64,000 nucleotides of DNA from a virus, in the IMG/VR virus record IMGVR_UViG_3300005338_000001, positions 1 to 64,000 of that record, one strand, 5' to 3'. Positions 36,429-45,892 of this stretch are shown piece by piece. Every line of letters begins with the position of its first letter. Position 1 is the first letter of the stretch. The position numbers and the translations under genes are program-made. The notes below the pieces were generated by a model that made no database searches, was not told the DNA's origin, and worked only from the letters and a program-made list of their open reading frames with translations.

Positions 36429-37015
36429 ACAAGGACACCGAGCACCAGATCCAGCGCAACGAAGCCGAGCGCAAGCTGCGGGACGCCGATGCGCTGATCC
36501 TCGCAGCGCGGTTTCCGAACATGAGCCGCAGTTGCCGCGCGGCGAACATCTCTCACGAAATTCCATCAGGCGCATCAGTAGCGGGCAACCGCGAAGGCAA
36601 AGCGAGCGCCGCCACAGCCAGCAGTGCCGCTCCGGGTAATCGGGCCGGGGGCGGCGGCAAGCTGGTGTTGCGACTCGTCGGGCAGGTTCGCGGGGGCAAG
36701 AACGCGATGGGTGTTACGAAGACAGGTAAGCACTACGCACGTACTGCGTTCAAGAAATGGCGCGCTGACATGGCCTCGCAAATTCGTGCGCAGTTACCAC
36801 CTTACGCGCCGATTGTCGAGCCGTGCAAACTTCGGATCGACTACGTTGCCGGTGACGGTAAACGGCGCGATCAGACCGGAATTTTCGATGCGCTGTTCCA
36901 TCTGCTTGAACACACCCGCGTCATACTCGACGACAGTCTTTTGTGGGTCACAGAATCCACTAAATCGTACGATAAGAAAAGCCCCGGCGTCACCATCACG
37001 TTTTTGAATCCATGA
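36425..37015 (+). CDS. rusA: RusA-like Holliday junction resolvase
   Basis: GKN, RRD...DAL, VILDDSL and K.Y.K..PGVTITF motifs; active-site region diverged. Confidence 0.7.
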   Translation: MNKDTEHQIQRNEAERKLRDADALILAARFPNMSRSCRAANISHEIPSGASVAGNREGKASAATASSAAPGNRAGGGGKLVLRLVGQVRGGKNAMGVTKTGKHYARTAFKKWRADMASQIRAQLPPYAPIVEPCKLRIDYVAGDGKRRDQTGIFDALFHLLEHTRVILDDSLLWVTESTKSYDKKSPGVTITFLNP

Positions 37016-37515
37016 ACACCGACCCCGACCCCGACCCCGCCTCCGCCACCAGCGCCAGCACTGAAGCCGCGCCTCGCAACCGCTGCAACTGCCCGCAGTG
37101 CCAGACCGACGACTGCCCGGCTGGAATCGAGTTGGCCGCGGCGGTTGCTGAACTGTGTACCGTGGCACACGAACACGACAAACTGCGCGACAAATTCTTC
37201 TCGCATCCTGCCGTGCTCGATCTGAACCAGCGCCTCGTCTCAGCAGAACTGGATGCGTGGCGCGTCCTGATGCTGTACGGCGCTACGCCCGAGATCGTCC
37301 ACGCCTTCATCCGCGGCCAGCAGGATCGCATCTGTTGCTGTGAGGGCATCGAATCCGCACTGGAGCGCGTCCTTGCGGCCCTGCGGCTGTGCCGTGACGC
37401 GCTGAACCAGACAGTGTGGGGCGGCGAGGTATCCGATGATGCTGTGTCGGCGGCGAACATCTGCGCCGTCACCGCAGCGGACGCCGTGCTGGACGGCGCG
37501 AAGGAGGAGGCGTGA
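37012..37515 (+). CDS. Hypothetical protein
   Basis: ATGA-coupled; N-terminal CNCPQC. Confidence 0.55.
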   Translation: MNTDPDPDPASATSASTEAAPRNRCNCPQCQTDDCPAGIELAAAVAELCTVAHEHDKLRDKFFSHPAVLDLNQRLVSAELDAWRVLMLYGATPEIVHAFIRGQQDRICCCEGIESALERVLAALRLCRDALNQTVWGGEVSDDAVSAANICAVTAADAVLDGAKEEA

Positions 37516-37630
37516 AGCGCAGGAAATCGAAACTGGAAATCGGGTGGCAGATACTGGCTGCGTGCTTCATTACTGAAGCTGCGCTCGTCGTAATCAGTAC
37601 CGTTCGTACTATTTGGATGAAACTTAACTT

Positions 37631-38524
37631 ATGACCACCACCCCCTTCGACCCCACGCTGCCGTACTGCACCAGCATCGCCTCCCCAAGCAACGGCCCGC
37701 GCCTCAGCACCAGCTACACGGTGCCGCGCTTCACGCTGCCGCCGTGGCGGCTGCCGGAACCGCCACCGGGACGGCAGTGGCACAAGGCGGGATTCACCCA
37801 AGAGATGCTGCCTGCTGGTTACAGACCGTTACTGGAAGATGAGCACACTGTTGAAGGCGATGAGTGGCTGAACTACCAAGGTATTTGGGAGTCGCGTTTT
37901 TGGCGTGGCGTTATCACACACGGACACGCCTTTACCAGAACGCGCCGCCCGCTACCTGTTTCCGGCTGGCGCGAGCACCACGGCGGCGAGTGTCCGGTGC
38001 CGCCGGAGACGGTGGTGGAGGTGATTGCGAACGAAATTATTCATCTGCCGAAAAAGGCTTTCTACTGGCAAAGCGGATTGGATTCATGGGTCAAGAATAG
38101 CGGCAGCTTTCACACGATCACCGCCTACCGCATCGTCACCCCCGCATCCGATAGGCTCGCTGAAGTGAAGGCAGCGCACGCGGCAGGCAAGACGGTGCAG
38201 TTCCGTGCCAAAGAATGGCAGCCGAACGACTGGAAGGATCTTCGCGGAAACGCGGATATCAATGAGCATCTATCTGTCCTCGGATACGAGTGGCGCGTGA
38301 AGCCGGAACCCCGCTACGTGGCATGGGACTTCAACTCGCGGCCCCGTGAAGTGACATGGGTTTATCGCAAAGGCTTCCTCACCGACTCCATGATCACCGC
38401 ATGGGGCGACGATGTGGTGATCATTGCCACCAAGCACGGACCGGTTCCGCAGAGCTACGGGGCGCTGCTGAACGACTGGCTGCAAAGAGACGGAAGCCCG
38501 TGCGGTCGCCAAGTCACTGACTGA
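37631..38524 (+). CDS. Hypothetical mosaic Trp-rich phage protein
   Basis: Several short modules (GWREHHGGECPV..VEV, ITAYRIV, EWRVKPEP). Confidence 0.6.
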   Translation: MTTTPFDPTLPYCTSIASPSNGPRLSTSYTVPRFTLPPWRLPEPPPGRQWHKAGFTQEMLPAGYRPLLEDEHTVEGDEWLNYQGIWESRFWRGVITHGHAFTRTRRPLPVSGWREHHGGECPVPPETVVEVIANEIIHLPKKAFYWQSGLDSWVKNSGSFHTITAYRIVTPASDRLAEVKAAHAAGKTVQFRAKEWQPNDWKDLRGNADINEHLSVLGYEWRVKPEPRYVAWDFNSRPREVTWVYRKGFLTDSMITAWGDDVVIIATKHGPVPQSYGALLNDWLQRDGSPCGRQVTD

Positions 38525-38525
38525 C

Positions 38526-39194
38526 ATGAGCAACACCTTGCGACCCGACAATCTGAAGTCCATGATGCCGTACATTCGGCGCTATGTGGATGGAGAGTCT
38601 AGCACTTTGCTGAGTGCGGAATTGGGGACATATCCGGCGGCGTTTCTGTCGATAGTCAGAAGATCCGGTCAGGCAGTCCGGAGCCGCGGGAGACCGATTG
38701 GATCGCGAAGCGTTTCAGACGTTCGGAGCGCGCTGTGCAAGGTGACGCTTGACGATGAGAAGGAAATTCTTCGGCAGTTTGACGAGGGATTGCCGCTTCA
38801 TGTGATAGGCGGCCTGCACAACATCACACGGGAGCGCGTGCGGCAGATCGTCAAGCGAGAAGGCCGGCAGCCGCGTGGTTGGCGGTTCAATACGCGACGC
38901 ATCGAACTACCGATGGATAGGCTGCGAATGGACTGCAATGCGGGACTAAGCGCATCCGAAATGGCTTCCAAATACGGATGTGGATATGAGACACTCAAGC
39001 GTAGGCTTGCCGAGATTGGAATTAAAGCCATTCACGCACGGCGGTTGAGGCTCGACTTGGAAACCGTCAAGAATCAGTATCGCACGATGGGGTGTTACCG
39101 TGTCGGTAAGCTGAATGGCTGCTCGGGACCGACAGTGCTGCGATTCCTGCATCGTCACGGCATCAAGACACGCAAATCGGGCCACCGTCCATGA
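38526..39194 (+). CDS. Multi-HTH DNA-binding protein (sigma region 4-like)
   Basis: IG..HNITRERVRQI plus three further HTH-like repeats. Confidence 0.7.
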   Translation: MSNTLRPDNLKSMMPYIRRYVDGESSTLLSAELGTYPAAFLSIVRRSGQAVRSRGRPIGSRSVSDVRSALCKVTLDDEKEILRQFDEGLPLHVIGGLHNITRERVRQIVKREGRQPRGWRFNTRRIELPMDRLRMDCNAGLSASEMASKYGCGYETLKRRLAEIGIKAIHARRLRLDLETVKNQYRTMGCYRVGKLNGCSGPTVLRFLHRHGIKTRKSGHRP

Positions 39195-39469
39195 CCGTCA
39201 TCGGCCAGCACAACCTCGCGCCCACCAGTCCGGCAGAGCGGCTGCACGACATCATCGACCGCTACTGGCAGACGCACGGAAAGCCGCCGGCGGAAGTGCT
39301 GGCCAACTACGGCTTCCGTCACGAGTTCGCGCAGCACGTGATGCTGACAGAGCCGTGGCTGTTTGGAACCGCCTACGCGCCAGTGCCGTTCAGCAATGAG
39401 TTCCTGTTCCGCGACGTGCCGGTGCGCTGCGTCCTCCAGGGCGGCGTCAGCGTGCTGGTGATACGATGA
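39191..39469 (+). CDS. Hypothetical protein
   Basis: ATGA-coupled. Confidence 0.5.
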   Translation: MTVIGQHNLAPTSPAERLHDIIDRYWQTHGKPPAEVLANYGFRHEFAQHVMLTEPWLFGTAYAPVPFSNEFLFRDVPVRCVLQGGVSVLVIR

Positions 39470-39666
39470 GGACTCGCTACAAACAGCGCTACGACGGCGA
39501 CCGCTTCCGTATCCCGTGGAAGAACTGGATCATGCGGTGTTGTGACTGTGGACTCGTGCATCGGATGACTTTCGAGCTTCGCGGCAAGCAACTGTGGCTG
39601 CGGCCAGTCACCGATCACCCGAGAACAAAAGCGGCGAGAAAGCGCAAGGAATTCAAACGACCATGA
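39466..39666 (+). CDS. Small Cys/His protein
   Basis: CCDCGLVH motif; coupled. Confidence 0.6.
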   Translation: MRTRYKQRYDGDRFRIPWKNWIMRCCDCGLVHRMTFELRGKQLWLRPVTDHPRTKAARKRKEFKRP

Positions 39667-39995
39667 ACGACCAAGAAGCTAACATGCAGGAAACCCGAGT
39701 CGCCAAGTACCGCGCCTTGGATCATACCCGAAACGAAATCTACGCCGCCATCAAGGCCGTCACGGAAGACGATCCGAGCGGTCCATGCGGACAAGGACCG
39801 TTCACCGGAAACATGCGCGAGTCACGGCAGGTTGCGAGCATGATGCTGCACTTCAGCCCCACCCGCGGAGGAGCGCCAGCGGTTGACATGAGTGTCGCGC
39901 ACCTGAACATCGAGGCGAGTGAGCTTGGCCGCTTCATTGAAGCCCGACTTCGCGCCAAGCTGGAACTCGTGAACGCCGAGATCGAGAAGCTGTAG
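39663..39995 (+). CDS. Hypothetical protein
   Basis: ATGA-coupled start at 39663. Confidence 0.5.
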   Translation: MNDQEANMQETRVAKYRALDHTRNEIYAAIKAVTEDDPSGPCGQGPFTGNMRESRQVASMMLHFSPTRGGAPAVDMSVAHLNIEASELGRFIEARLRAKLELVNAEIEKL

Positions 39996-40019
39996 CCTCC
40001 CCGCCGCGGCATCCGCCGC

Positions 40020-40153
40020 TTGACACGGCGGCGGGGCGCGCTACGGTGCGGGTGCCGGGCATCTGTCGGCGGCTGATTCAGACCAGTCCATCACAAACTT
40101 CCGCCTCTCCTGCGCCGTTCACTCGAACGGGTCTGACGCAGGAGAGGCATTTT
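40020..40153 (+). promoter_or_regulatory. Promoter and attenuator-like leader of the m4C methyltransferase gene
   Basis: TTGACA-N16-TACGGT-GCGGGTGCCG; 12-bp stem GCCTCTCCTGCG/CGCAGGAGAGGC followed by ATTTT. Confidence 0.65.
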
Positions 40154-40160
40154 GTTGAAC

Positions 40161-41186
40161 ATGAGCCTCACGATCCTTACCGGCAATAACCGCACCACAC
40201 TGAAGACGCTGCCAGACGAGAGCGTGAACTGTTGCATCACCTCACCGCCGTACTGGGGGCTTCGGGACTACGGCCACTCAGACCAGATCGGCCAAGAGCC
40301 GACGCCAGAGCAATACGTTGCGAGTCTTGTGGCGGTGTTCACGGAAGTGCGCCGAGTGCTGCGCGCAGATGGGACGCTGTGGCTGAACCTTGGGGACAGT
40401 TACGCCGGCGGCGGGCGAGGTGGCGGATCTCCGGACTGTAAGCAACGAACGAATGTCGGCAGCCTTGTCGCGCCATCACCAAAGATTCCAGGACTGAAGC
40501 CCAAAGACCTGATCGGCATCCCGTGGATGGTGGCGTTCGCGCTCCGCAGTGCGGGCTGGTGGCTGCGTTCGGAGATCATCTGGCACAAGCCCAACCCGAT
40601 GCCCGAGAGCGTCACCGATAGGCCAACCTGCGCGCACGAGAAACTGTTCCTGCTGGCCAAGAGCGCCGACTACTACTGCGATATGGCGGCGATTCGGGAA
40701 CCTGCATCACCTTCGCTCATCAAACAGGTCGAGGAAGGATACAACGGCGAGGCGCTGAAGGACTACCTGAGCGCCAGCGTGCAGGACGCCAGCGCCACCA
40801 AGGCCCGGATCATAGGGAACGCCAGAAAACGAATCGACAAGCAGCGCGGACACGGCAGGCGTCACGAAGGATTCAACGAGCGGTACGACAACCTCACGCC
40901 CGCCGAGCAGAACTTGCTCGGATCAAACAAGCGCAACGTCTGGACGGTCGCGCCGGCCAATTTCCGCGAAGCCCACTTCGCCACCTACCCGCCAGCCCTC
41001 ATCGCGCCCTGTGTGCTCGCCGGATGCCCTGTAGGCGGGGTTGTGCTTGATCCGTTCGGCGGAAGCGGAACAACCGGCATGGTGGCGCTGGAATACGGTC
41101 GCAGGGCTGTTCTGTGTGAGCTGAATCCCGATTACGTCGCCCTCATCCACCAGAGAACCAACGTGACTGTAGGGCTGGGGATATAG
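40161..41186 (+). CDS. DNA methyltransferase, N4-cytosine type (beta class)
   Basis: ITSPPY catalytic motif before the VLDPFGGSGTT SAM motif. Confidence 0.92.
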   Translation: MSLTILTGNNRTTLKTLPDESVNCCITSPPYWGLRDYGHSDQIGQEPTPEQYVASLVAVFTEVRRVLRADGTLWLNLGDSYAGGGRGGGSPDCKQRTNVGSLVAPSPKIPGLKPKDLIGIPWMVAFALRSAGWWLRSEIIWHKPNPMPESVTDRPTCAHEKLFLLAKSADYYCDMAAIREPASPSLIKQVEEGYNGEALKDYLSASVQDASATKARIIGNARKRIDKQRGHGRRHEGFNERYDNLTPAEQNLLGSNKRNVWTVAPANFREAHFATYPPALIAPCVLAGCPVGGVVLDPFGGSGTTGMVALEYGRRAVLCELNPDYVALIHQRTNVTVGLGI

Positions 41187-41192
41187 CGCACC

Positions 41193-41333
41193 TTGACAAG
41201 AACGCGCGGTGATGTAGCGTGCGGGTGCCGTGTGAAAGCGGCACTCAGATGCGCAACCATTTCCAGCCCGCCTTGGGCCACTCACGTCTCCGCGCAGGAA
41301 CTTTCACCGTGAATCCGAGGCGGGCCTTTTCTT
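41193..41333 (+). promoter_or_regulatory. Promoter and attenuator-like leader of the PP-loop enzyme gene
   Basis: TTGACA-N16-TAGCGT-GCGGGTGCCG; stem GCCCGCCTTGG/CCGAGGCGGGC followed by CTTTTCTT. Confidence 0.65.
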
Positions 41334-42263
41334 ATGCCTGACCCAATTCACATCATCTCGCTCGGCGCGGGCGTGCAAAGCTCCACAATGGCCCTCATGG
41401 CTGCGCATGGCGAGATAACACCGATGCCAGTCTCGGCGGTGTTCGCGGACACGCAGGCTGAGCCGCAGAGCGTTTACCGATGGCTGGAGTGGCTGGAGCC
41501 GCGACTTCCGTTTCCAGTGCTGCGAGTGACGAAAGGCGACATGACGCACGCGAGTCTGGAGTCACGAACAAAGCGCGACGGCTCGGGGACGTGGACGAAA
41601 AGCCTCATCCCTGCATTTGTGAAGAACCGAAACGGGACGCGCGGCATCATGGGGCGGGCTTGCACGTGGGATTACAAGGTCTGCCAGTTGGAGAAAGCGG
41701 CCCGCAAGCTTGGCCTTGAGGCCATCAAGGAACGTGCAAAGGAGATGCGCGCCCGACTGAAGGACTGGAAGGCTCTGGAACTTCTCGCCGATCTCGGGCA
41801 ATGCGATCATCGACCAAAGCCGAAAGAGAAGGAACTGCCCACCGTGGTTGTTCAATGGATCGGCATCAGCATCGACGAGGCGCACCGCATGAAGCCCGCG
41901 CGACTGCCGTGGTCGGAACATCGCTGGCCGCTGATCGACGCCGGCATGAAACGGTACGATTGCCTGCGGTGGATGGAAGCGAAGGGCTACCCGACTCCAC
42001 CGCGTAGCGCGTGCGTTTATTGCCCGTTCCACAGCGATGCGGAGTGGCGTCGCCTCCGAGACTCCGAGCCGAAGGAATTCGAGCGCGCTGTCCAATTCGA
42101 GCGCGACCTTCAGCGCACAAAAGCCAAGAGCGACAACATGGACGGCATCCCGTTCCTGCACTCGTCCCTGAAGATGCTGGACGAAGTGGACTTCTCCACC
42201 GACATCGAACGTGGGCAGGGCGAGCTATTCGGAAACGACTGCACGGGGCTTTGTGGTGTATGA
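41334..42263 (+). CDS. PAPS-reductase-like PP-loop (adenine nucleotide alpha-hydrolase) protein
   Basis: ISLGAGVQSS PP-loop, FADTQAE, RACT..YK, IGISIDE, RSACVYCPFH, C-terminal CTGLCGV. Confidence 0.8.
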   Translation: MPDPIHIISLGAGVQSSTMALMAAHGEITPMPVSAVFADTQAEPQSVYRWLEWLEPRLPFPVLRVTKGDMTHASLESRTKRDGSGTWTKSLIPAFVKNRNGTRGIMGRACTWDYKVCQLEKAARKLGLEAIKERAKEMRARLKDWKALELLADLGQCDHRPKPKEKELPTVVVQWIGISIDEAHRMKPARLPWSEHRWPLIDAGMKRYDCLRWMEAKGYPTPPRSACVYCPFHSDAEWRRLRDSEPKEFERAVQFERDLQRTKAKSDNMDGIPFLHSSLKMLDEVDFSTDIERGQGELFGNDCTGLCGV

Positions 42264-42592
42264 AGCTGGGCCACTGGTTCCGCCTGCCGCACGAGATTTT
42301 CCTTGAGGACATGCCCGACTCGCCGCGACGGGTCATCATCTACCTGTTCAGCCTTTCGCTGTATGGCGGGGAGTGCTCGCCCGGATACGCAGCCATCGAG
42401 CGCCACACATTCCTGAAGGAGAATGCCATCCGGAGCGCAATTGCATGGCTGCAAAAGAAGCACTGGATCAGCCACACGATTCGCGGCCAGTCCGGCAAGA
42501 ACATGCGCATCTACATCCGAATCCCGCCAAGGCTTCAGTCCACCAAGGCATCGAACGTCATCGACGGCGAGGCTCAGTTCAAGGTGGTTTAG
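42260..42592 (+). CDS. Winged HTH protein (replication-protein N-terminal type)
   Basis: FRLPHEIF, IIYL, CSPGYAAI, AIRSAIAWLQKKHWI. Confidence 0.7.
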   Translation: MKLGHWFRLPHEIFLEDMPDSPRRVIIYLFSLSLYGGECSPGYAAIERHTFLKENAIRSAIAWLQKKHWISHTIRGQSGKNMRIYIRIPPRLQSTKASNVIDGEAQFKVV

Positions 42593-43681
42593 AGCAATTC
42601 CAGACCCTCATCACGGTACGGGTCTAGACCCACAGCCCTTCTCTGTAGAGCCGAACTTCTCAAATTGGCCCCAACAGGGTAAACCACGGCTCGCCTTAGA
42701 GGAAAGCCCCTCGCGCGTCTCCTCAGCCGTCCCTCGCGCGCGGGACTGTGCTGTACGGACACGGAGCTGCTCAGCACGGCTGCCAGTGCGGTGACGGCTA
42801 CGGGGCTATGCGGGAACAGCGTCTGGGCAGTACGGCGTACGATTCGCGCACGTTAAGGACAAGTCGGGATCAGGAGATAATTTTTTACGGGCTTGCCTAC
42901 CTTAGAAGAACGCTGAGCGGATTGGCCCCGGCAGGGGGTGTCTCCTCCCCTTCACTTCTCACAGCCCAAGCCCGCGCACGCCAGCCCCGCTACGTCGCGT
43001 CGTAACGGTACGGCTGAGGTGCTGGCAGCCCAGGAGCGGTACGGATGCGGGTACGGGGCTGCTGCGAGGTGATGCGGTACTGTAGCGGCTAGAACGAGGG
43101 AGCGGTGTAGCTGTATGGCCGATATGGCGACAGGTTACGACCGTTGAGGCTGAGGCACTTGTGAGTCAATTCCATATGACTACGATTGTGCGGCAGTTAA
43201 GCGGATCGGCTGAATGTGGGACAGGATGGCATCACGTAAAAGATCGGGCCGTGGACCGCGTGGTTGCCTGAATATGCGCCAGATCTGCGCAGTCTGGTGT
43301 GATGTCAGATGATGGCTAGATTCTATCCATATGGACAGTTTCTATCCACTCACTCCGCAACAGGCTTGTGCTGTTACCGTTACTGCCGCTTCCTGTCACG
43401 ACCTCTGCCGCCTTTCCATTTGTCGCCCCTTACCGTAGCGAGTTTCCGCGCTCCTGCAAGCTCCTGTGAGCCTCGCCAGCGCGCTTGAGCTGCTCTGCGC
43501 GCCTCAGTTCCGCGGTGTCCTGGGCTGGCGGTGTGGCTGGGCTTCCCTGTTGGCGTTGCGGCGGATGCGCGGATCGGTGGCTGTGCTGCCCTTACATTGC
43601 CGTTGACCTTCACGGCACGACACAGCCTCGGTTCCTCCACGTGAGGTTGCCGAGGCTGCGCGGTGAAAGGCTGCTTGTGGG
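42593..43681. other. About 1.1-kb non-coding region between convergent gene blocks with repeated GTACGG (possible packaging site, genome end or origin)
   Basis: No credible ORF; GTACGG at 42616, 42753, 42830, 43008, 43039, 43051 on one strand; ATTTTTT and CCCCGGCAGGGGG block at 42880-42940. Confidence 0.5.
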
Positions 43682-44227
43682 TTAGGCGGCGACTTGTTGC
43701 GGTGGCTGGGTGGCGATTCTGCGCAGCCACTTGAGAGTGGAGGCGCGGCCCGAGGCCCCGCAATGCTGCGCGTACCAGTTCACCTCGTCAAGCAGCGTCA
43801 GGAGTGCGCCAGTCTTGCGATCCTTGAATCCGCGCGAGTGCGGTTGCGTGCTCCATGCTCCTTTGTTCGCCATGATCAATTCCGCGATCTCTGCCGTCAC
43901 CTTCGCGTCCTTGGCGGCGGCGAGCTTGCGCTTGTGGGCGCGCAGTTCGGGGCTGTTCTTGTAGGCTCGCAGCAAGCCTTCGTCACCGACCTTCGCGATG
44001 CAGTCGCAGCCGACCTTGAAGCGCCTGCCGTCGCTGCTCTGGCAATGGCACTCGTAGCGGATGCCGGTGAAGCAGTAGTCACAGCATCCGCCGGCCTGCG
44101 ATGAACCGTCCGCGTGGGTGATTACGTTCTCGCTCATGCCGGTGAAGGTGAAGGGAGCCTTGCCGAGTCCGGCCAGCTCGAAACGATGCTTGCCGACGTG
44201 CTCGGGGTTATCAGTCTTCGCGCTCAT
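43682..44227 (-). CDS. Hypothetical Zn-binding phage protein
   Basis: GLGKAPF, CDYC..GIRY, FKVGCDC; GGAGG before ATG 44227. Confidence 0.65.
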   Translation of the reverse strand: MSAKTDNPEHVGKHRFELAGLGKAPFTFTGMSENVITHADGSSQAGGCCDYCFTGIRYECHCQSSDGRRFKVGCDCIAKVGDEGLLRAYKNSPELRAHKRKLAAAKDAKVTAEIAELIMANKGAWSTQPHSRGFKDRKTGALLTLLDEVNWYAQHCGASGRASTLKWLRRIATQPPQQVAA

Positions 44228-44228
44228 G

Positions 44229-45221
44229 TCAGTTGCCCTCCTTGCTCGACAGGGCCGCGCCTGCGATCTTGCGGATGTGGCCCTCGATGTTTGCGGGCCG
44301 GTTACGCGGCGGCGTGTTGCACAGATCCGCGATGCCCTGTAGCGCCGCCTCGCAGCGCCTGAGCCGAGCCAGTTCTGCCGCCGGATCGGCGAGGCCGGCC
44401 AGTGCGTTGACACAGGCGACGATGCGGCGGGCGTTTGCTTCGCCGTCAATCTCGGCAACGCCGGAGTCGTCAGCGCCGGAAATAACGCTGACATAGCCGA
44501 TCTGGTTTTCGTTCTTGTACGCAGTCCGCTTCCACGGTTCTGCCGTGTGTCGCGGTTCTGTTGCTGGCGCGGGCGTGGCGGACTCGGCTTCCCGGTTCAC
44601 CCACTCGATCTGCTGCTCACCGGGCACCAAGGGCTGCTTGGCGGGTTGCGGTGCGGGCGCAGGGGCGGCGGGCGTGCGACCAATGGCAATGTTGTAGTCG
44701 GCCCAAACGCTTGCCGGATCGGAAATGCTTGGGCGCTTCGGCTCAGGGGATGCGTGCGCGGCGGGCACCTTCCTGCGGACGGCCAGCATCGCGGACCCGT
44801 CATCATACTTGCCGACCGTGGCGATCTCAAGGTCTGGGTGCGTGATCTCCAGCGTGGTGTCCGCGCAGCGCAGCCAGTCGCGCACACCTCCGAAGCTCTG
44901 GGTTTGCAGGTGCGCCACGGCAGGCTCGCCGATCTTCACCATGTAGGTGCGGGTTGTGCCCGTCAGGATACCGACGAACTGCGCGCATAGCCAGTAATCG
45001 TCCCCATGCTGCATCACGTCCACCGTCTGCGGCTCGCACGTCACGTAATCGGTATCCGCGGCGTTGCTGCCGTATTGGATGAACTCCTTTTTCACGTTCA
45101 GCGTCAGCGTCCCGACCTTGCGGGAGTTGCGCCCGTTGTAGCCATTCGGTTTCCAGTCGTGGGCGTTTGCAAGACTCGGCGCGCTTGCGGGCGTTTGGGA
45201 TGTGGGATGTAGTGATTTCAC
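44229..45221 (-). CDS. Hypothetical early protein
   Basis: 330 aa; HTAEPW...ANARRIVACVNA module; promoter directly upstream of GTG. Confidence 0.6.
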   Translation of the reverse strand: MKSLHPTSQTPASAPSLANAHDWKPNGYNGRNSRKVGTLTLNVKKEFIQYGSNAADTDYVTCEPQTVDVMQHGDDYWLCAQFVGILTGTTRTYMVKIGEPAVAHLQTQSFGGVRDWLRCADTTLEITHPDLEIATVGKYDDGSAMLAVRRKVPAAHASPEPKRPSISDPASVWADYNIAIGRTPAAPAPAPQPAKQPLVPGEQQIEWVNREAESATPAPATEPRHTAEPWKRTAYKNENQIGYVSVISGADDSGVAEIDGEANARRIVACVNALAGLADPAAELARLRRCEAALQGIADLCNTPPRNRPANIEGHIRKIAGAALSSKEGN

Positions 45222-45227
45222 GCTGCT

Positions 45228-45646
45228 GATTTAACCTTACCGGAAAGGATGTGCAACAACTTTAATTTCATCTCTTTTCTGTCCTTGGCGCTAAGTGGCA
45301 CGATGCTTGCTTTTCACAAACCATGCCAGTAAGGACGTTTATTTACTGTAAGGTGATTCTGGCTTGTGTGTGGCGCGAGCGTGGCGGTAAGGTGTCGCCA
45401 TGAGTGAACAAGAAAAGAAGAATCAGCACGCCGTTGCGCTTGGTCGTCGCGGTGGCAACGCCAGGGCTGCGAAGTTGACGCCCGAACGCATGAAAGAGAT
45501 TGCGGAAATTGCGTCCTTGGCGGCAAAGAAAGCGCGTGAATCGAAAAAAGATGCTGTTGTAGTCGCCCCGTAACTCAACCACTTACAAACAATCGTATCA
45601 TCGGAATCACTTTTCTTTTGACACCTTACCGCAAAGGCTCTTTACT
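45228..45646. promoter_or_regulatory. Divergent promoters with repeated operator ACCTTACCG(G/C)AAAGG
   Basis: Copies at 45234-45248 and 45623-45637 lie in promoter spacers; inverted partial copies near 45324-45336, 45341-45354 and 45384-45396. Confidence 0.7.
45400..45573 (+). CDS. 57-aa basic protein with KNQHAVALGRRGG..RAAKLTPE motif (candidate regulator)
   Basis: Intact ORF inside the operator region; below the ORF-track cut-off. Confidence 0.7.
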   Translation: MSEQEKKNQHAVALGRRGGNARAAKLTPERMKEIAEIASLAAKKARESKKDAVVVAP

Positions 45647-45653
45647 CCCCATC

Positions 45654-45887
45654 GTGAAACAGAACAACACCCCATCCGCCGCAACGCTGTCTGTCAGCGA
45701 CGCCCGCAACGTGAATTGCGCTTACAAATGGATCGCCACGAAGGGTCCGCGCTTTCAAGCCACGGTCGGCGTGGGATTCTTCACGAAGGCCGACGCGCAG
45801 GCGTTCGCCAGTCGCGAGAACCGCCGCCACGACAGCGGCTACTACGTTGCTCGCGTCTCCGAAGTCATCAATCCTCGCTTCAACTAA
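45654..45887 (+). CDS. Hypothetical early protein
   Basis: GTG just after TTGACA-N17-TTTACT. Confidence 0.5.
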   Translation: MKQNNTPSAATLSVSDARNVNCAYKWIATKGPRFQATVGVGFFTKADAQAFASRENRRHDSGYYVARVSEVINPRFN

Positions 45888-45892
45888 CCGCC

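Noticed and set aside
42748-43763. Short ORFs in the non-coding gap (42748-43005 and 43380-43763)
   Set aside because: Low-complexity R/A/P-rich translations with no start signals or motifs
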